This document shows, in pieces, positions 9,109 through 20,794 of a DNA stretch of 64,000 bases. The stretch is from a candidate division Hyd24-12 bacterium UBA5074 (GTDB lineage Bacteria; Fermentibacterota; Fermentibacteria; Fermentibacterales; Fermentibacteraceae): assembly GCA_002414865.1 (NCBI GenBank), contig DIAQ01000098.1, positions 1,039-65,038 of the forward strand, written 5' to 3'. The position numbers and the translations under genes were made by a program. The notes below the pieces were generated by a model. That model made no database searches. It was not told the origin of the DNA and was given only the letters and a program-made list of their open reading frames with translations. Position 1 is the stretch's first letter; each line of letters begins with the position of its first letter.

Positions 9109-10344
9109 ATGCTCTGCCTCTATGTAGTTCTGGCCTGCTCCTCGCCGAACGGGGAGGGCTCCTCGGAAGCGGTTCCGTCACCCGATCAGACGGAGCTCTC
9201 GGCCCTCGCGGAAGGGGATACCGAGTTCGCCCTCGGGCTGTTTGCACAGCTCGGCGGCGAGGGCGTCGAAGAAAACATCTTCTTCTCGCCCTTCAGCATC
9301 TCCACCGCCCTCGCCATGGTGCACGCCGGCGCAAGGGGCGGGACGGAGACCGAGATGTCCGAGGTGCTGCGGTTCCCCCTCCCGGCGGACAGGGTGCCGG
9401 GCGCCTTCGAAGCCCTCCTCGACAGGCTCGGCCCGGGAGGGCGAGGGAGCTTCGCCCATGGCGAGGGCGACCCGCTCACGCTCACGATCGCGAACGCTCT
9501 CTGGGTCGAGAGATCGTATCCGCTGCTCGACTCGTACACCGGTCTCGCGGACTCCTGCTACGGCGCTCGCGCTTCCGGGCTCGACTTCATCGGCGACCCG
9601 GAGGGTTCCGGGGCCGCCATCAACGGATGGGTCGCGGAGAGGACGGGGAACAGGATCCGCGACCTCGTGCCTCCCGGGATGATCGACGAGATGACCAGGC
9701 TCGTGCTGACGAACGCCGTCTATTTCAAGGCTTCCTGGCTCTTCGCCTTCGACGTGCACGCCACGGCGGAAGGCGATTTCACGACGGGATCCGGAGATGT
9801 CGTGCGCGTGCCGATGATGCACCAGACGGAGAGGCTGGCGCACTCGCACACAGGCGGGTGCAGGGCTGTCTCCCTCCCCTACTCCGACGGCAGCGCGAGA
9901 ATGCTGATCCTGCTCCCCGACGGCGATCTGGAGGCGTTCGAGCGGTCGCTCGACACAGCGTTGCTCCGCACCGTCACCACCTCGCTCACAGGTGGAGAGG
10001 TCGATCTCGCGATGCCCAGGTTCGAGTTCACGAGCTCGTTCTCGCTGGTGGACGCCCTGCGGCGGATGGGCATGGAGAGAGCCTTCGACCGCTCCGCGGA
10101 CTTCAGCGGCATCACGGGGAACAGGGATCTCCACATCTCGGCTGTGGTGCACAAGGCTTTCGTGAAGGTGGACGAGAGCGGAACCGAGGCGGCGGCGGCG
10201 ACGGCCGTCATGATGGCCCTGGGCTGCGCGGCGCCGGAGCCCCCGTTCGAGATGAGCCTCGACAGGCCTTTCCTCTTCCTCGTCACCGACGAACTGACGG
10301 GCTCGGTGATCTTCATGGGCAGGGTCTCGAACCCCTCGGAGTGA
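9109..10344 (+). CDS. Serpin (serine protease inhibitor), probable lipoprotein
   Basis: NIFFSPFSI, NAVYFKA-x-W, hinge ESGTEAAAAT, DRPFLF, FMGRV; N-terminal VLAC lipobox-like. Confidence 0.95.
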   Translation: MLCLYVVLACSSPNGEGSSEAVPSPDQTELSALAEGDTEFALGLFAQLGGEGVEENIFFSPFSISTALAMVHAGARGGTETEMSEVLRFPLPADRVPGAFEALLDRLGPGGRGSFAHGEGDPLTLTIANALWVERSYPLLDSYTGLADSCYGARASGLDFIGDPEGSGAAINGWVAERTGNRIRDLVPPGMIDEMTRLVLTNAVYFKASWLFAFDVHATAEGDFTTGSGDVVRVPMMHQTERLAHSHTGGCRAVSLPYSDGSARMLILLPDGDLEAFERSLDTALLRTVTTSLTGGEVDLAMPRFEFTSSFSLVDALRRMGMERAFDRSADFSGITGNRDLHISAVVHKAFVKVDESGTEAAAATAVMMALGCAAPEPPFEMSLDRPFLFLVTDELTGSVIFMGRVSNPSE

Positions 10345-10352
10345 TGCGGCGG

Positions 10353-10378
10353 TCCGGCCCGCAACCGCCCGGGCCGGA
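10353..10378 (+). terminator. GC-rich hairpin after serpin, possible terminator
   Basis: TCCGGCCCG-8nt-CGGGCCGGA perfect 9-bp stem; no U-tract. Confidence 0.3.
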
Positions 10379-10506
10379 GCGGGGGATCGCCCGGCCGGCC
10401 CTGCCTGCGTGCTGCGTGAGCTGGGCGCTCATGATCTGGCGAGGCGCCTCCCGGCGCCGTTAGGATACCCGGGCGAAGCGGAGTCCGATAATCCGGAAGG
10501 GCTGAG

Positions 10507-12524
<2,018 letters not shown>

Positions 12525-12528
<4 letters not shown>

Positions 12529-13118
12529 CGGTAGTGCGACGTCCCGACGACACGGCCCGACGGGTCGAAGCGCACGCCTTCCATCTCGAGAAGCTCCCTC
12601 TTCATGGCCCCGCCGCCCTGGTAGCCTCCCGGGGATCCGTCGGACCGGACCGCCCTGTGGCACGGGATGACGACAGGGAACGGATTCCCGGCCAGCGCGG
12701 AGCCTGCGGCCCTCGCTCCCCGGGGGCAGCCGACCCGCGCGGCCAGCCCCGAGTATGTCGTGACGGAGCCCCTGGGGACCGCATGCTCGGCGAGCAGGAC
12801 ACTCCTCTGGAAGGCCGGGCAGAGATCAAGCCTGATGACCCCGGTGTCGAACGACACGGGCACGCCTTCGAGGAATGCGGCGACCGCCGCGGCGACCTCG
12901 TCGATCTCGCGCGCGCTGCCCCCCGGGAAGTCCCCGGCGGGCTCCGCCCTGCCGGGCAGCGTTATCCTGAGTATGCGGGCGCCGCCCTCCCGGAACGACC
13001 AGAAGATAGCCATGCGGCCGAACCTCGTCCCGAACTCCATGCGGGAAACGTTCATTCCCGCGGCACCAGCCAGGGGGGCGATCCGCACCGGCGGCCGGCA
13101 CCCGGAGGCGTCCGTCAT
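12525..13118 (-). CDS. ogt: Methylated-DNA--protein-cysteine methyltransferase (start 13118 or 13055)
   Basis: NPFPVVIPCHRAV active-site motif; K-x-x-LLEMEG; ATG 13118 overlaps upstream TGA. Confidence 0.9.
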
Positions 13119-13414
13119 CCCCCTGCGCACCCGGCCAGACGGAGGCCGGCTCCGGAGGACCATTCCAGGAGGGCCTCCTCGCGAGCCTTCCACGGACCCG
13201 AGACGAAAGCCACGAGCCCCGGGGACACATCCAGCCGAAGCTCCCCCGAGGCATCCGGGATGCAGTCGCCCGCGAGATGGGACACGCGCCTGCCGAGCAG
13301 TTCCGCGAACCTCACGGACAGGCCGGGGAAGGCCTCCGCGAAGAGCTGGACCTCCTCCGAGAGCAGATCCCGCGGCCAGGACCGCCGGGTTTCAGAGGTA
13401 CAGGTCGCGCTCAC
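13115..13414 (-). CDS. Small hypothetical protein (about 99 aa)
   Basis: Fills the gap between hydG and ogt; strongly G/C-ending codons; TGA overlaps ogt ATG. Confidence 0.55.
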   Translation of the reverse strand: MSATCTSETRRSWPRDLLSEEVQLFAEAFPGLSVRFAELLGRRVSHLAGDCIPDASGELRLDVSPGLVAFVSGPWKAREEALLEWSSGAGLRLAGCAGG

Positions 13415-14864
13415 CTGCGCGGATCCTGGCCAGATAGTCCTCCACGATCCTCCTCGTGGATTCGTCTCCCAGGCTTCCGATCTCCCTCTCGACGAGCTTC
13501 CAGCCCTCCTCGCGGACGCCCGGCGAGGCGAAATCCTCCAGGTACTCGGCAAACGTGAGGATCGCGTTCGGCATGCAGAAATTCTGGATCTTCCCGTCCT
13601 TGGACAGGCTCATGAAGCAGCCGCCGGTACGGCCGCACCGGTAGTCCGCGGTGCAGAAGCTGGTGATCATGCCCATCTTCGAGAGCTCGCCGACTACTTC
13701 GTCGAGCGTCCTGTTGTCGGAGAGCATGAACTGCTGGCGATCTCCTATGACATGTCCGTCGGAGTAGCCCTTTATGCCGATGTTGGAGCCGGCGTCGATC
13801 TGGGTGATGCCCAGCGGGATGAGGTCACGCCTCACCGCCGCCGGCTCCCGGGCGGTGAGGATGAGGCCGGTATAGGGCACCGACAGCCTGATCACCGTCA
13901 CGATCTTCCTGAAGAGGTCGTCGGGCACGCTGAACTTCGGGTTGTCCAGGAAGGGCGTGTTCACCGCGGGCTCCAGGCGGGGGACGCTTATGGTGTGAGG
14001 ACCCACCCCCCCGAAGCACCTCTCCAGGTCCATCGTGTGCAGCAGCATGGCCATGACCTCGAACCGGCAGTCGAACAGGCCGAACAGGGTGCCCATGGCG
14101 ACGTCGTCGATGCCTGCCTCCTGGGCGCGGTGGAGGGCGTAGAGCCGCCACTGCATGTCGCCCTTGAGAGTGCCTGCGGGATGGGCGCGGGCATAGGTCT
14201 CGTGGTGGTAGGTCTCCTGGAAGACCTGGTAGGTGCCGATGCCCACCTCCTTGAGCTTCCGGTAGTCGCCCACGCAGAGTGGAGCAGCGTTCACGTTGGC
14301 GCGCCTGATCTCGCCGCCGGCGTCCTTGACGGTGTAGGCCAGCCGGATCGTATGGGCGATGAAATCGGCATCGGTCGAGGGGTGCTCGCCGTAGACCATG
14401 ACCAGACGCTTGTGGCCCAGCCTGATGAGCGCGAGTATCTCCTCCTTCAGATCGTCGTCGCTCAGGCATCCCCTGACGACGGACCTGTTCTCGCGCCGGA
14501 AGCCGCAGTACTGGCAGTTGTTGACGCAGTAGTTGGAGACATACAGGGGGGCGAAGAAGACGATGCGCCTGCCGTAGACCGACTGCTTCACCTTCAGCCC
14601 GGCCCCGTGCATCTCCTGCCAGAGATCCTCGTCCGTGCAGTTGAGGAGCGCCGCCGTCTCGGACGGTTCGAGCCTCTTAAGAGACAGGGATTTCGCAATG
14701 ATGTCCCGCACCCGTGCCGGATCCGGGTCCCGCTGCTTCTCCAGCTCGGTCCAGATCAGGCCCTCGTCGACGAAGTCGCGTCCGTCGACCATGTACCGCT
14801 CGTTTTCCTCGTGCCTTATCTGCCGGTCGATCCAGCTTTTCTCATTGACGCTCAGCTCGCTCAT
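13392..14864 (-). CDS. hydG: [FeFe]-hydrogenase maturase HydG-like radical SAM enzyme (ThiH/HydG family)
   Basis: FAPLY-x-SNYC, CVNNCQYC, FQETY, GVGPHTISVPR, C-terminal SFCTADYRCGRTG...CMPNA extension typical of HydG. Confidence 0.85.
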   Translation of the reverse strand: MSELSVNEKSWIDRQIRHEENERYMVDGRDFVDEGLIWTELEKQRDPDPARVRDIIAKSLSLKRLEPSETAALLNCTDEDLWQEMHGAGLKVKQSVYGRRIVFFAPLYVSNYCVNNCQYCGFRRENRSVVRGCLSDDDLKEEILALIRLGHKRLVMVYGEHPSTDADFIAHTIRLAYTVKDAGGEIRRANVNAAPLCVGDYRKLKEVGIGTYQVFQETYHHETYARAHPAGTLKGDMQWRLYALHRAQEAGIDDVAMGTLFGLFDCRFEVMAMLLHTMDLERCFGGVGPHTISVPRLEPAVNTPFLDNPKFSVPDDLFRKIVTVIRLSVPYTGLILTAREPAAVRRDLIPLGITQIDAGSNIGIKGYSDGHVIGDRQQFMLSDNRTLDEVVGELSKMGMITSFCTADYRCGRTGGCFMSLSKDGKIQNFCMPNAILTFAEYLEDFASPGVREEGWKLVEREIGSLGDESTRRIVEDYLARIRAGERDLYL

Positions 14865-14951
14865 TTTGCACTCCGATGCTTGTCCGGATGCCCTTTCCAG
14901 TTGTCATAATATAACGGGAAGGAAACGACCCGGTTTCAGCCGGAGGGCTGC

Positions 14952-15665
14952 ATGGGCGGACGCTGGGACTGCATGCTCTTCGATCTTGACGGAACGCTCC
15001 TGGACTATGCTGCGGCGCAGGAGATGGCTGTCCGGCGGGCGCTCGCCCGGCTTCAGGGATCACATCCCGACCTCTGCGCGTGGCTCCGTTTCGTGCGTTC
15101 CGAGGCCTTCCAGTGCAGGGAGGCATGCCGCAGGACCGCCCCGGCCATCACCGATCCCTGGATGCCGGGCGAGGCTCCCTCGTGCGGGCCGTCTCCGGAA
15201 GAGTTCACGAAGGCCTACCTGCATGCGCTGTCGTCGTGCCCGGGGACTCTCGCCGGCGCCCTCGAGTGCTTAGGAGGCGCCCGCAGGGGAGGTTCTGCGA
15301 CGGGCATCGTCTCGAACGGCATAGGATGGGTGCAGAGGTCCAGGCTTCTGGGCTCGGGGCTCATGGGGCTGGCCGACTGCCTCGTGATCAGCTGCGAGGT
15401 GGGGCTGGCCAAGCCCGATCCGGAGATCTTCCGCCTGGCCGTCCGCCTCCTCGGGGCGGAAGCGGCGCGCACGGTCGTGATCGGGGACGGCGCCGGCAGC
15501 GACATGGCGGGTGCCGACGCTGCAGGTCTCGATTTCGTCTATCTCAGGACGGACCGGAACTTCGCGGCGATGAAGCCCGGGCACCTCCCGGCGGCCACTC
15601 TCGCGGAAGTGGCGGACATCCTTGCGGGGGCCGAGGCCGTTGACGGCGCTCCCGGGCGCGGATAG
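14952..15665 (+). CDS. HAD-family hydrolase (YjjG-like)
   Basis: FDLDGTL, VSNG, KPDPEIF, IGD-x4-D motifs. Confidence 0.85.
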   Translation: MGGRWDCMLFDLDGTLLDYAAAQEMAVRRALARLQGSHPDLCAWLRFVRSEAFQCREACRRTAPAITDPWMPGEAPSCGPSPEEFTKAYLHALSSCPGTLAGALECLGGARRGGSATGIVSNGIGWVQRSRLLGSGLMGLADCLVISCEVGLAKPDPEIFRLAVRLLGAEAARTVVIGDGAGSDMAGADAAGLDFVYLRTDRNFAAMKPGHLPAATLAEVADILAGAEAVDGAPGRG

Positions 15666-15698
15666 CTTCGCATCGTCAACTCAAGCCAAGGGGGAAGC

Positions 15699-16196
15699 AT
15701 GCGGTCAGTCATTCTGGTCCTTGCAGTTCTCGCGATTCCGGTTTCCGCAGGCATGACCCAGTACGGCCTCCATGCCGGCTTGTTCATCCCGACCGGAGAC
15801 CCCGCGGATGTCTACAACCTCAGCCCCATGATCGGCGGACAGATCCTCGTCCACATGCCGGTCTACGCCATCGAGGGCAGCGCCTCGTACGTCTTCCTGT
15901 CGGCGGACTCGGAGCTGGATGGATTCTCGGCTCACATGATCCCCCTGTCGGCGGGCCTCAGGTCCTACTCGGGACCGATCTTCTTCGGAGGCGGCGCCGA
16001 ACTGGCCATCTCGAGCGTCAGCTGGGACGTCTCGGCTGACAGCACGTACGAGGATTCCGAGAGCGACTTCGGGGCCTACGGCACCCTGGGAACGACCCTG
16101 CCGCTCGCCGGTTACGAGGTCGAGCTGACCGGCAAGGCCCACTGGGTTGACTTCGACGACATCTGGATGTCAGTCCAGCTCTCGATGTACCTCTAG
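15699..16196 (+). CDS. Small outer-membrane beta-barrel protein (putative)
   Basis: Signal peptide (VSA cleavage), alternating amphipathic strands, C-terminal strand ending SMYL. Confidence 0.65.
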   Translation: MRSVILVLAVLAIPVSAGMTQYGLHAGLFIPTGDPADVYNLSPMIGGQILVHMPVYAIEGSASYVFLSADSELDGFSAHMIPLSAGLRSYSGPIFFGGGAELAISSVSWDVSADSTYEDSESDFGAYGTLGTTLPLAGYEVELTGKAHWVDFDDIWMSVQLSMYL

Positions 16197-16216
16197 ACGA
16201 TTCCTTAGGATTCCTG

Positions 16217-16244
16217 CCGGCCGCGGACGGGCTTCCGCGGCCGG
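16217..16244. terminator. Hairpin between convergent genes, likely bidirectional terminator
   Basis: CCGGCCGCGGA-cgggct-TCCGCGGCCGG perfect 11-bp stem between stops at 16196 and 16252. Confidence 0.6.
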
Positions 16245-16251
16245 TCGGCTT

Positions 16252-17376
16252 TCATGCCCGCCCTGCATTCTCCAGGGCTGCTTTCGCAAGGTTCCCGATC
16301 ACCCCGGTGATGTCGAACACGTCCGCGGCTCTGGCGGCTCCGCGCCGGCCCATGGATTCCATCAGCCCCGGGTTGCCGCACAGATCGGCGGCCTCCGACA
16401 CGAAACCCTCCCTCGAGCACAGGATGCCGGTGATCCCGGGGAGCACTGCATCCGGCACGCCTCCCTCGGCGAGCCCGGCGCAGGCGGCGCCGCAGGCCGC
16501 AGCCTCCACGAAGGTGAGCCCGAAGCCCTCGACGTCGCCGGTGCGCTCGTCGGACTGGCAGGGGGAGATGAAGAGGTCGGCCGAGCGGTAGCGAGCGGCC
16601 AGGCTCTCGTCGTCGACCGGGCCGAGAAACCTCACCCTCCCGCCCAGATGGGCGGCCCGTTCCCTCAGCTCAGTCTCGAGCGGACCCTCTCCGGCGATCC
16701 ACAGCCCGGCGTCGACGCCCCTTCCGACAGCCTCCTGCAGCACTGCGATGGCGAGATCCATCCGCTTGCGCGGGACCATCCTCCCAGCGGTGACGAGCTG
16801 CACGGGGAACTCCCCCGGGAAGCCCGGGGGACCCGGCCTGAAGAGCCCGGTGTCGACTCCGTTGATGCCGATCGCGATCCTGGCGCGAGGCGCCACGGAG
16901 GCAGCCCTCCCGGCGGTGAACCTGCTGGCGCACGCCGCGATGGAGGACCTCTCGAGCGCCGCCCTCCTGCGCAGCCCCGCCAGGGGGGGCAGGCTGGCGA
17001 AGACCTCCATGCCGTGCACCGCGCAGACGACGGGACAGGAAGGCGCTGCGAGCAGGGCCCCTTCGGTCACGAACCAGGTCGAGCAGAACACGATCGAAGG
17101 GTGCGCACCGGCCTTTCGGAGCCTGCTCATGGACCGGGCGAAGTGCAGTGCCCTGAGGGTTGGGAAGTTTCTGCCCGGCACCTGGATCACCTCGATCCAG
17201 TCACGGGGGCGCGCCGATTCCGCCCTTTTCGCGAAGACCTTCACGCTCCAGCCCAGGCGGCTCAGCGCAAGGGCGGTGTTGGATGCCCATCTGGATATCC
17301 CGCCCAGCTTGGGCGGAAAGTCCTCGGTGGCGATCCAGGCCTCCGGCCTGCCGTTGTCCGGAACCCCTCCTCTCAC
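16252..17376 (-). CDS. Glycosyltransferase family 4 (PimB-like)
   Basis: DFPPKLGGI, NGVD, GR-x4-K, EGFGLTFVEAAACG; GTG 17376 overlaps upstream TGA. Confidence 0.9.
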   Translation of the reverse strand: MRGGVPDNGRPEAWIATEDFPPKLGGISRWASNTALALSRLGWSVKVFAKRAESARPRDWIEVIQVPGRNFPTLRALHFARSMSRLRKAGAHPSIVFCSTWFVTEGALLAAPSCPVVCAVHGMEVFASLPPLAGLRRRAALERSSIAACASRFTAGRAASVAPRARIAIGINGVDTGLFRPGPPGFPGEFPVQLVTAGRMVPRKRMDLAIAVLQEAVGRGVDAGLWIAGEGPLETELRERAAHLGGRVRFLGPVDDESLAARYRSADLFISPCQSDERTGDVEGFGLTFVEAAACGAACAGLAEGGVPDAVLPGITGILCSREGFVSEAADLCGNPGLMESMGRRGAARAADVFDITGVIGNLAKAALENAGRA

Positions 17377-18644
17377 GCCGGAACCCGTGCGCGGGGCTCC
17401 TGCAGGGCGAAGCGCCTGAGGAACAGCAGCCCGGCGAGCGTGAACAGCCCGGCCGAGACAAGGAAGGTGCTCGACATCCCGCATGACTGCAGGATCGCAT
17501 TGCCCATCAGCGGGGCGATCAGACCTCTCACGGCGGTGAGCGTGATGTGTATCCCCTGATATGTGGCGGCCTGGCCTTCCGGTGCGAAATGGAGGCTCGA
17601 GAGGTTCCACGAGACGTTGATGCCGGCCATCGCCACCGAGTAGACGGCGAAGGCGGAGTAGAAGAGCTGCACGCCTATCGAGGTGAACAGGCCGCCCATG
17701 GCTATGAGCAGCGGGTAGGCGGCCAGGAGGAGGCAGACGAGGCCCGTGAAACGGAACGGGTGGAGCTTCTCGACCCTGATCCCCATGAACGGGCTCAGGA
17801 GGAGTATCCCGATCTGGGCGAGAACTCCCTTCGCCATGGCGTACTGCTCGTAGCGCAGCCCGAGGACATCCCGCGCGAAGAAGGGTATTGCAGGCAGGAC
17901 CATCATGAAGGCGAACCCGTACACCATGAAGAAGGCCTCGAACAGGGCGAACTGACGATCGGCCGCGAGTATCCGCAGGAGCGGCCCGAGCAGGCCCGGC
18001 TGTCCTCCCTCCCCTCCACCCTTCGCAAGCCCCCTGGCCATCCTGGCGAAGATCATCGCGTGGGCGAAGCCGAAGAGGGCCATGCAGACGTAGAGGATCC
18101 GGAAAGCCTGGAAGTCGGCGTCGAGCATGTGCCCCACCAGCACGGAGGCCGGGAGGCTGAACAGCGTGAAGAGGCTGACCGCCCATCCGAAGAGGAGGCC
18201 GCGCCTGCCCTCGCCGTACTTCTCCCGCAGGATGGAGTTCAGGACCGGGACGATCACGCTGTCCGCCGCGGAGAACAGGCCTATGAGGATCAGCATGACA
18301 TCCGCGCTGTCCGTGAAGAACATCAGGGCCACGGGCAGCCGCAGGAAGGCGGCCGCGATCACCGCTCCCACGTGGCATCCCCGCTTCTCTACCATCGAGT
18401 TGATCAGGAAGGAGAGCAGGTTGCTGAAGGGCATGATCATCATGAGAAGGGTGATCTGCCAGGCGGTGGCGCGCAGGCCGTTCGCCATGATGTACTCGTT
18501 GTTGAGCATCACGCCCGACACCGCCGCGGACGCCAGCGAGGAGAGCAGGTGGAGCCTGTAGGTATGCCTCTCGACGGGGCCCAGCCCTCTCATGGCGTGC
18601 CAGGGCGACACGCTTCGGAGGAAGCCGGGGGGCAGAGTCGGCAT
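17373..18644 (-). CDS. MFS-type transporter
   Basis: About 12 hydrophobic segments, Y-x4-RG and RG-x-x-AP-x-x-G motifs; ATG 18644 coupled to cysC stop. Confidence 0.8.
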   Translation of the reverse strand: MPTLPPGFLRSVSPWHAMRGLGPVERHTYRLHLLSSLASAAVSGVMLNNEYIMANGLRATAWQITLLMMIMPFSNLLSFLINSMVEKRGCHVGAVIAAAFLRLPVALMFFTDSADVMLILIGLFSAADSVIVPVLNSILREKYGEGRRGLLFGWAVSLFTLFSLPASVLVGHMLDADFQAFRILYVCMALFGFAHAMIFARMARGLAKGGGEGGQPGLLGPLLRILAADRQFALFEAFFMVYGFAFMMVLPAIPFFARDVLGLRYEQYAMAKGVLAQIGILLLSPFMGIRVEKLHPFRFTGLVCLLLAAYPLLIAMGGLFTSIGVQLFYSAFAVYSVAMAGINVSWNLSSLHFAPEGQAATYQGIHITLTAVRGLIAPLMGNAILQSCGMSSTFLVSAGLFTLAGLLFLRRFALQEPRARVPA

Positions 18645-19258
18645 CAGGGCTTCCCGGGGATCACTCCGCGTTCCTCGAGGAAGGCCATCAGCAGGCGCGC
18701 GCAACCCCCGGCGTCCATCTCGTCGGTATGGAGGTGGACATCCGGCGAGAGGGGCTCCTCGTAGGGGGCGGAAATGCCCGTGAACTCACGCAGTTCCCCT
18801 GCCCGGGCCTTGCGGTACAGGCCCTTGGGGTCCCTGGCCTCGGCGACCTCGAGGGGCAGGTCGACGAAGACCTCCACGAAATCGCCGGGACCCTGGATCG
18901 CGCGGGCTCTCGCCCTGTCGTCCCTGTAGGGGCTGATGAAAGCGACGATGTTGATTATGCCGAACGATGTGAAGAGCTTGGCCACCTCGGAGATGCGCCT
19001 GATGTTCTCCGCCCTGTCGGCGGGCGAGAAGCCCAGGTCGCTGTTCAGACCGTGACGGACATTGTCGCCGTCGAGCACGACGGAGTACGCGCCCCGGTCG
19101 TGCAGGAGCCCTGCCAGCTCGCCGGCGATGGTGGACTTGCCGGACGAGGGCAGGCCCGTCATCCATACGGTCACCCCCCGGGAGCCGAGGAGACTCTCGC
19201 GATCGCTCCTGCCCAGGGAATGCTCGTGCCAGGTGATGTTGTTGTCGCGGCTTGCCAT
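18644..19258 (-). CDS. cysC: Adenylyl-sulfate kinase
   Basis: TGLPSSGKST P-loop, LDGDNVRHGL, RDPKGLY, FTGISAPYE. Confidence 0.96.
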   Translation of the reverse strand: MASRDNNITWHEHSLGRSDRESLLGSRGVTVWMTGLPSSGKSTIAGELAGLLHDRGAYSVVLDGDNVRHGLNSDLGFSPADRAENIRRISEVAKLFTSFGIINIVAFISPYRDDRARARAIQGPGDFVEVFVDLPLEVAEARDPKGLYRKARAGELREFTGISAPYEEPLSPDVHLHTDEMDAGGCARLLMAFLEERGVIPGKP

Positions 19259-19503
19259 AGGATCTTCCTTTCGGTCCGGTCATGGGCATGCGGGAGTTTG
19301 CGGAAATGACGCCCGACATGTTCCGGTCGAGGCGCCCGGCGAACATAACAGGGTGGAGGGACTGGGCCACACGAGCGACCGTGCTGGCTGGCGCCGATCG
19401 CTACGCGAAGACAGGCTGTTTCGCTATTTTAGCAGTTCATGGGAAGGAAGGCGGGCCCGGTCGCCCGCCGGGCGCAGCGCGAAGAACCGGAGGCGGTCCC
19501 CAG

Positions 19504-20781
19504 ATGAAGCTACGCGCAATGGCACTTGCAGCCGCCTGCGCCGCCGCGGCCTGCGGGCGTCCCGTGCCCGGGGGCCCCAACGTGCTCCTCGTGATAATCG
19601 ACACTGTCAGATCCGACCACCTCGGCTGCTACGGATACTCCAGGAACACCACTCCCTCGCTCGACAGCCTGGCCTCCCGCGGCACCCTCTTCCTCAACAC
19701 GATGTCCCAGTCGCCGTGGACCATTCCATCGACTGCATCTATCTTCACGGGGCTCACCCCGGCCGTCCACCGGGTAGGGATGATCGACGGGGTCATCTAC
19801 GGCCTCGATCCCGCCCTGCCGACCGCCTCGACTCTCATGTCCGACGCAGGCTATGCCACTTTCGGGGAGTTCAGCGTGGCCTGGCTGAGGGCCGAGATGG
19901 GATTCGACACCGGCTTCGACCACTTCCACTGCTACTCCGACCATAGGAGCCACTGCGGGGAGATCGTCGACTCCCTCGCCGCCTGGATCGACAGCCTCCC
20001 TGCGGGCAGGCCGTGGTTCGCGATCATCCATTTCTACGAGCCGCACGACCCGTATGCCCCGCATCAGCCCTACGACACGCTCTTCGCCGGGCGGACGCCT
20101 CCCCCGTTCCAGGGCGACAGCATTTGGTTGCTGGACGACTCCGAGAGGCTGATCGAGCCCCTCCAGAGGGAGGCCCTCGAGATCAGGTACGACGGCGAGC
20201 TGCGCCAGGTCGACGACTCGCTCTCCAGGCTCTTCGGATTCCTCAGAGCCGGAGGTCACGCGGGGAACACCCTCGTCATCGTCACTGCCGACCATGGCGA
20301 GGAGTTCCTGGACCACGGAGGCACGGGGCACGGCCGCACCTTCTACCAGGAGATCCTCTCGGTGCCGCTGATCCTGTCGGGCCCCGGCATCCCGAGGGCC
20401 GGGAAGCGGAGGGACCTGGCCGCAGGCATAGACATCCTCCCCACGATCCTCGAGACCGCCGGCATCCCGCTCCCCGACTTCCTGGAGGGCGTCAGCCTCC
20501 TGGGACCGGCGCCTGACAGGGCCGTCCCCGCGAGCAGCCCCAAGGACGGGAACATGGTCTGCATCGGCAGGGGGATGCAGCGACAGATCTGGGATCCCGC
20601 GGACGGGAGCGTCTCGAGGTTCGATCTGACGACCGACCCGGACGAGCTGAACCCCCTCCCCGCAGACAGCACGATGATGGACGACCTGGGCGAGTACCGC
20701 GCCCGCACTCCCCTGGGCAACCCGGCGGCGACCCCGGAAGGCGAGCTGGACAACTCCCTGAGGGATCTGGGGTACATCTGA
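19504..20781 (+). CDS. Sulfatase-like hydrolase/transferase (alkaline phosphatase superfamily), probable lipoprotein
   Basis: NVLLVIIDTVRSDH, WTIPSTASIFTG, PHDPY, ADHGEEF, LRDLGYI; GGAGG RBS before ATG 19504. Confidence 0.9.
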   Translation: MKLRAMALAAACAAAACGRPVPGGPNVLLVIIDTVRSDHLGCYGYSRNTTPSLDSLASRGTLFLNTMSQSPWTIPSTASIFTGLTPAVHRVGMIDGVIYGLDPALPTASTLMSDAGYATFGEFSVAWLRAEMGFDTGFDHFHCYSDHRSHCGEIVDSLAAWIDSLPAGRPWFAIIHFYEPHDPYAPHQPYDTLFAGRTPPPFQGDSIWLLDDSERLIEPLQREALEIRYDGELRQVDDSLSRLFGFLRAGGHAGNTLVIVTADHGEEFLDHGGTGHGRTFYQEILSVPLILSGPGIPRAGKRRDLAAGIDILPTILETAGIPLPDFLEGVSLLGPAPDRAVPASSPKDGNMVCIGRGMQRQIWDPADGSVSRFDLTTDPDELNPLPADSTMMDDLGEYRARTPLGNPAATPEGELDNSLRDLGYI

Positions 20782-20794
20782 AAGGAGACGCGTC

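Noticed and set aside
13052..13117. Read-through of the small ORF's TGA (CAGG-TGA) as another Sec codon
   Set aside because: That TGA overlaps a plausible ogt start (ATGA), the extension is not protein-like, and no convincing SECIS was seen.
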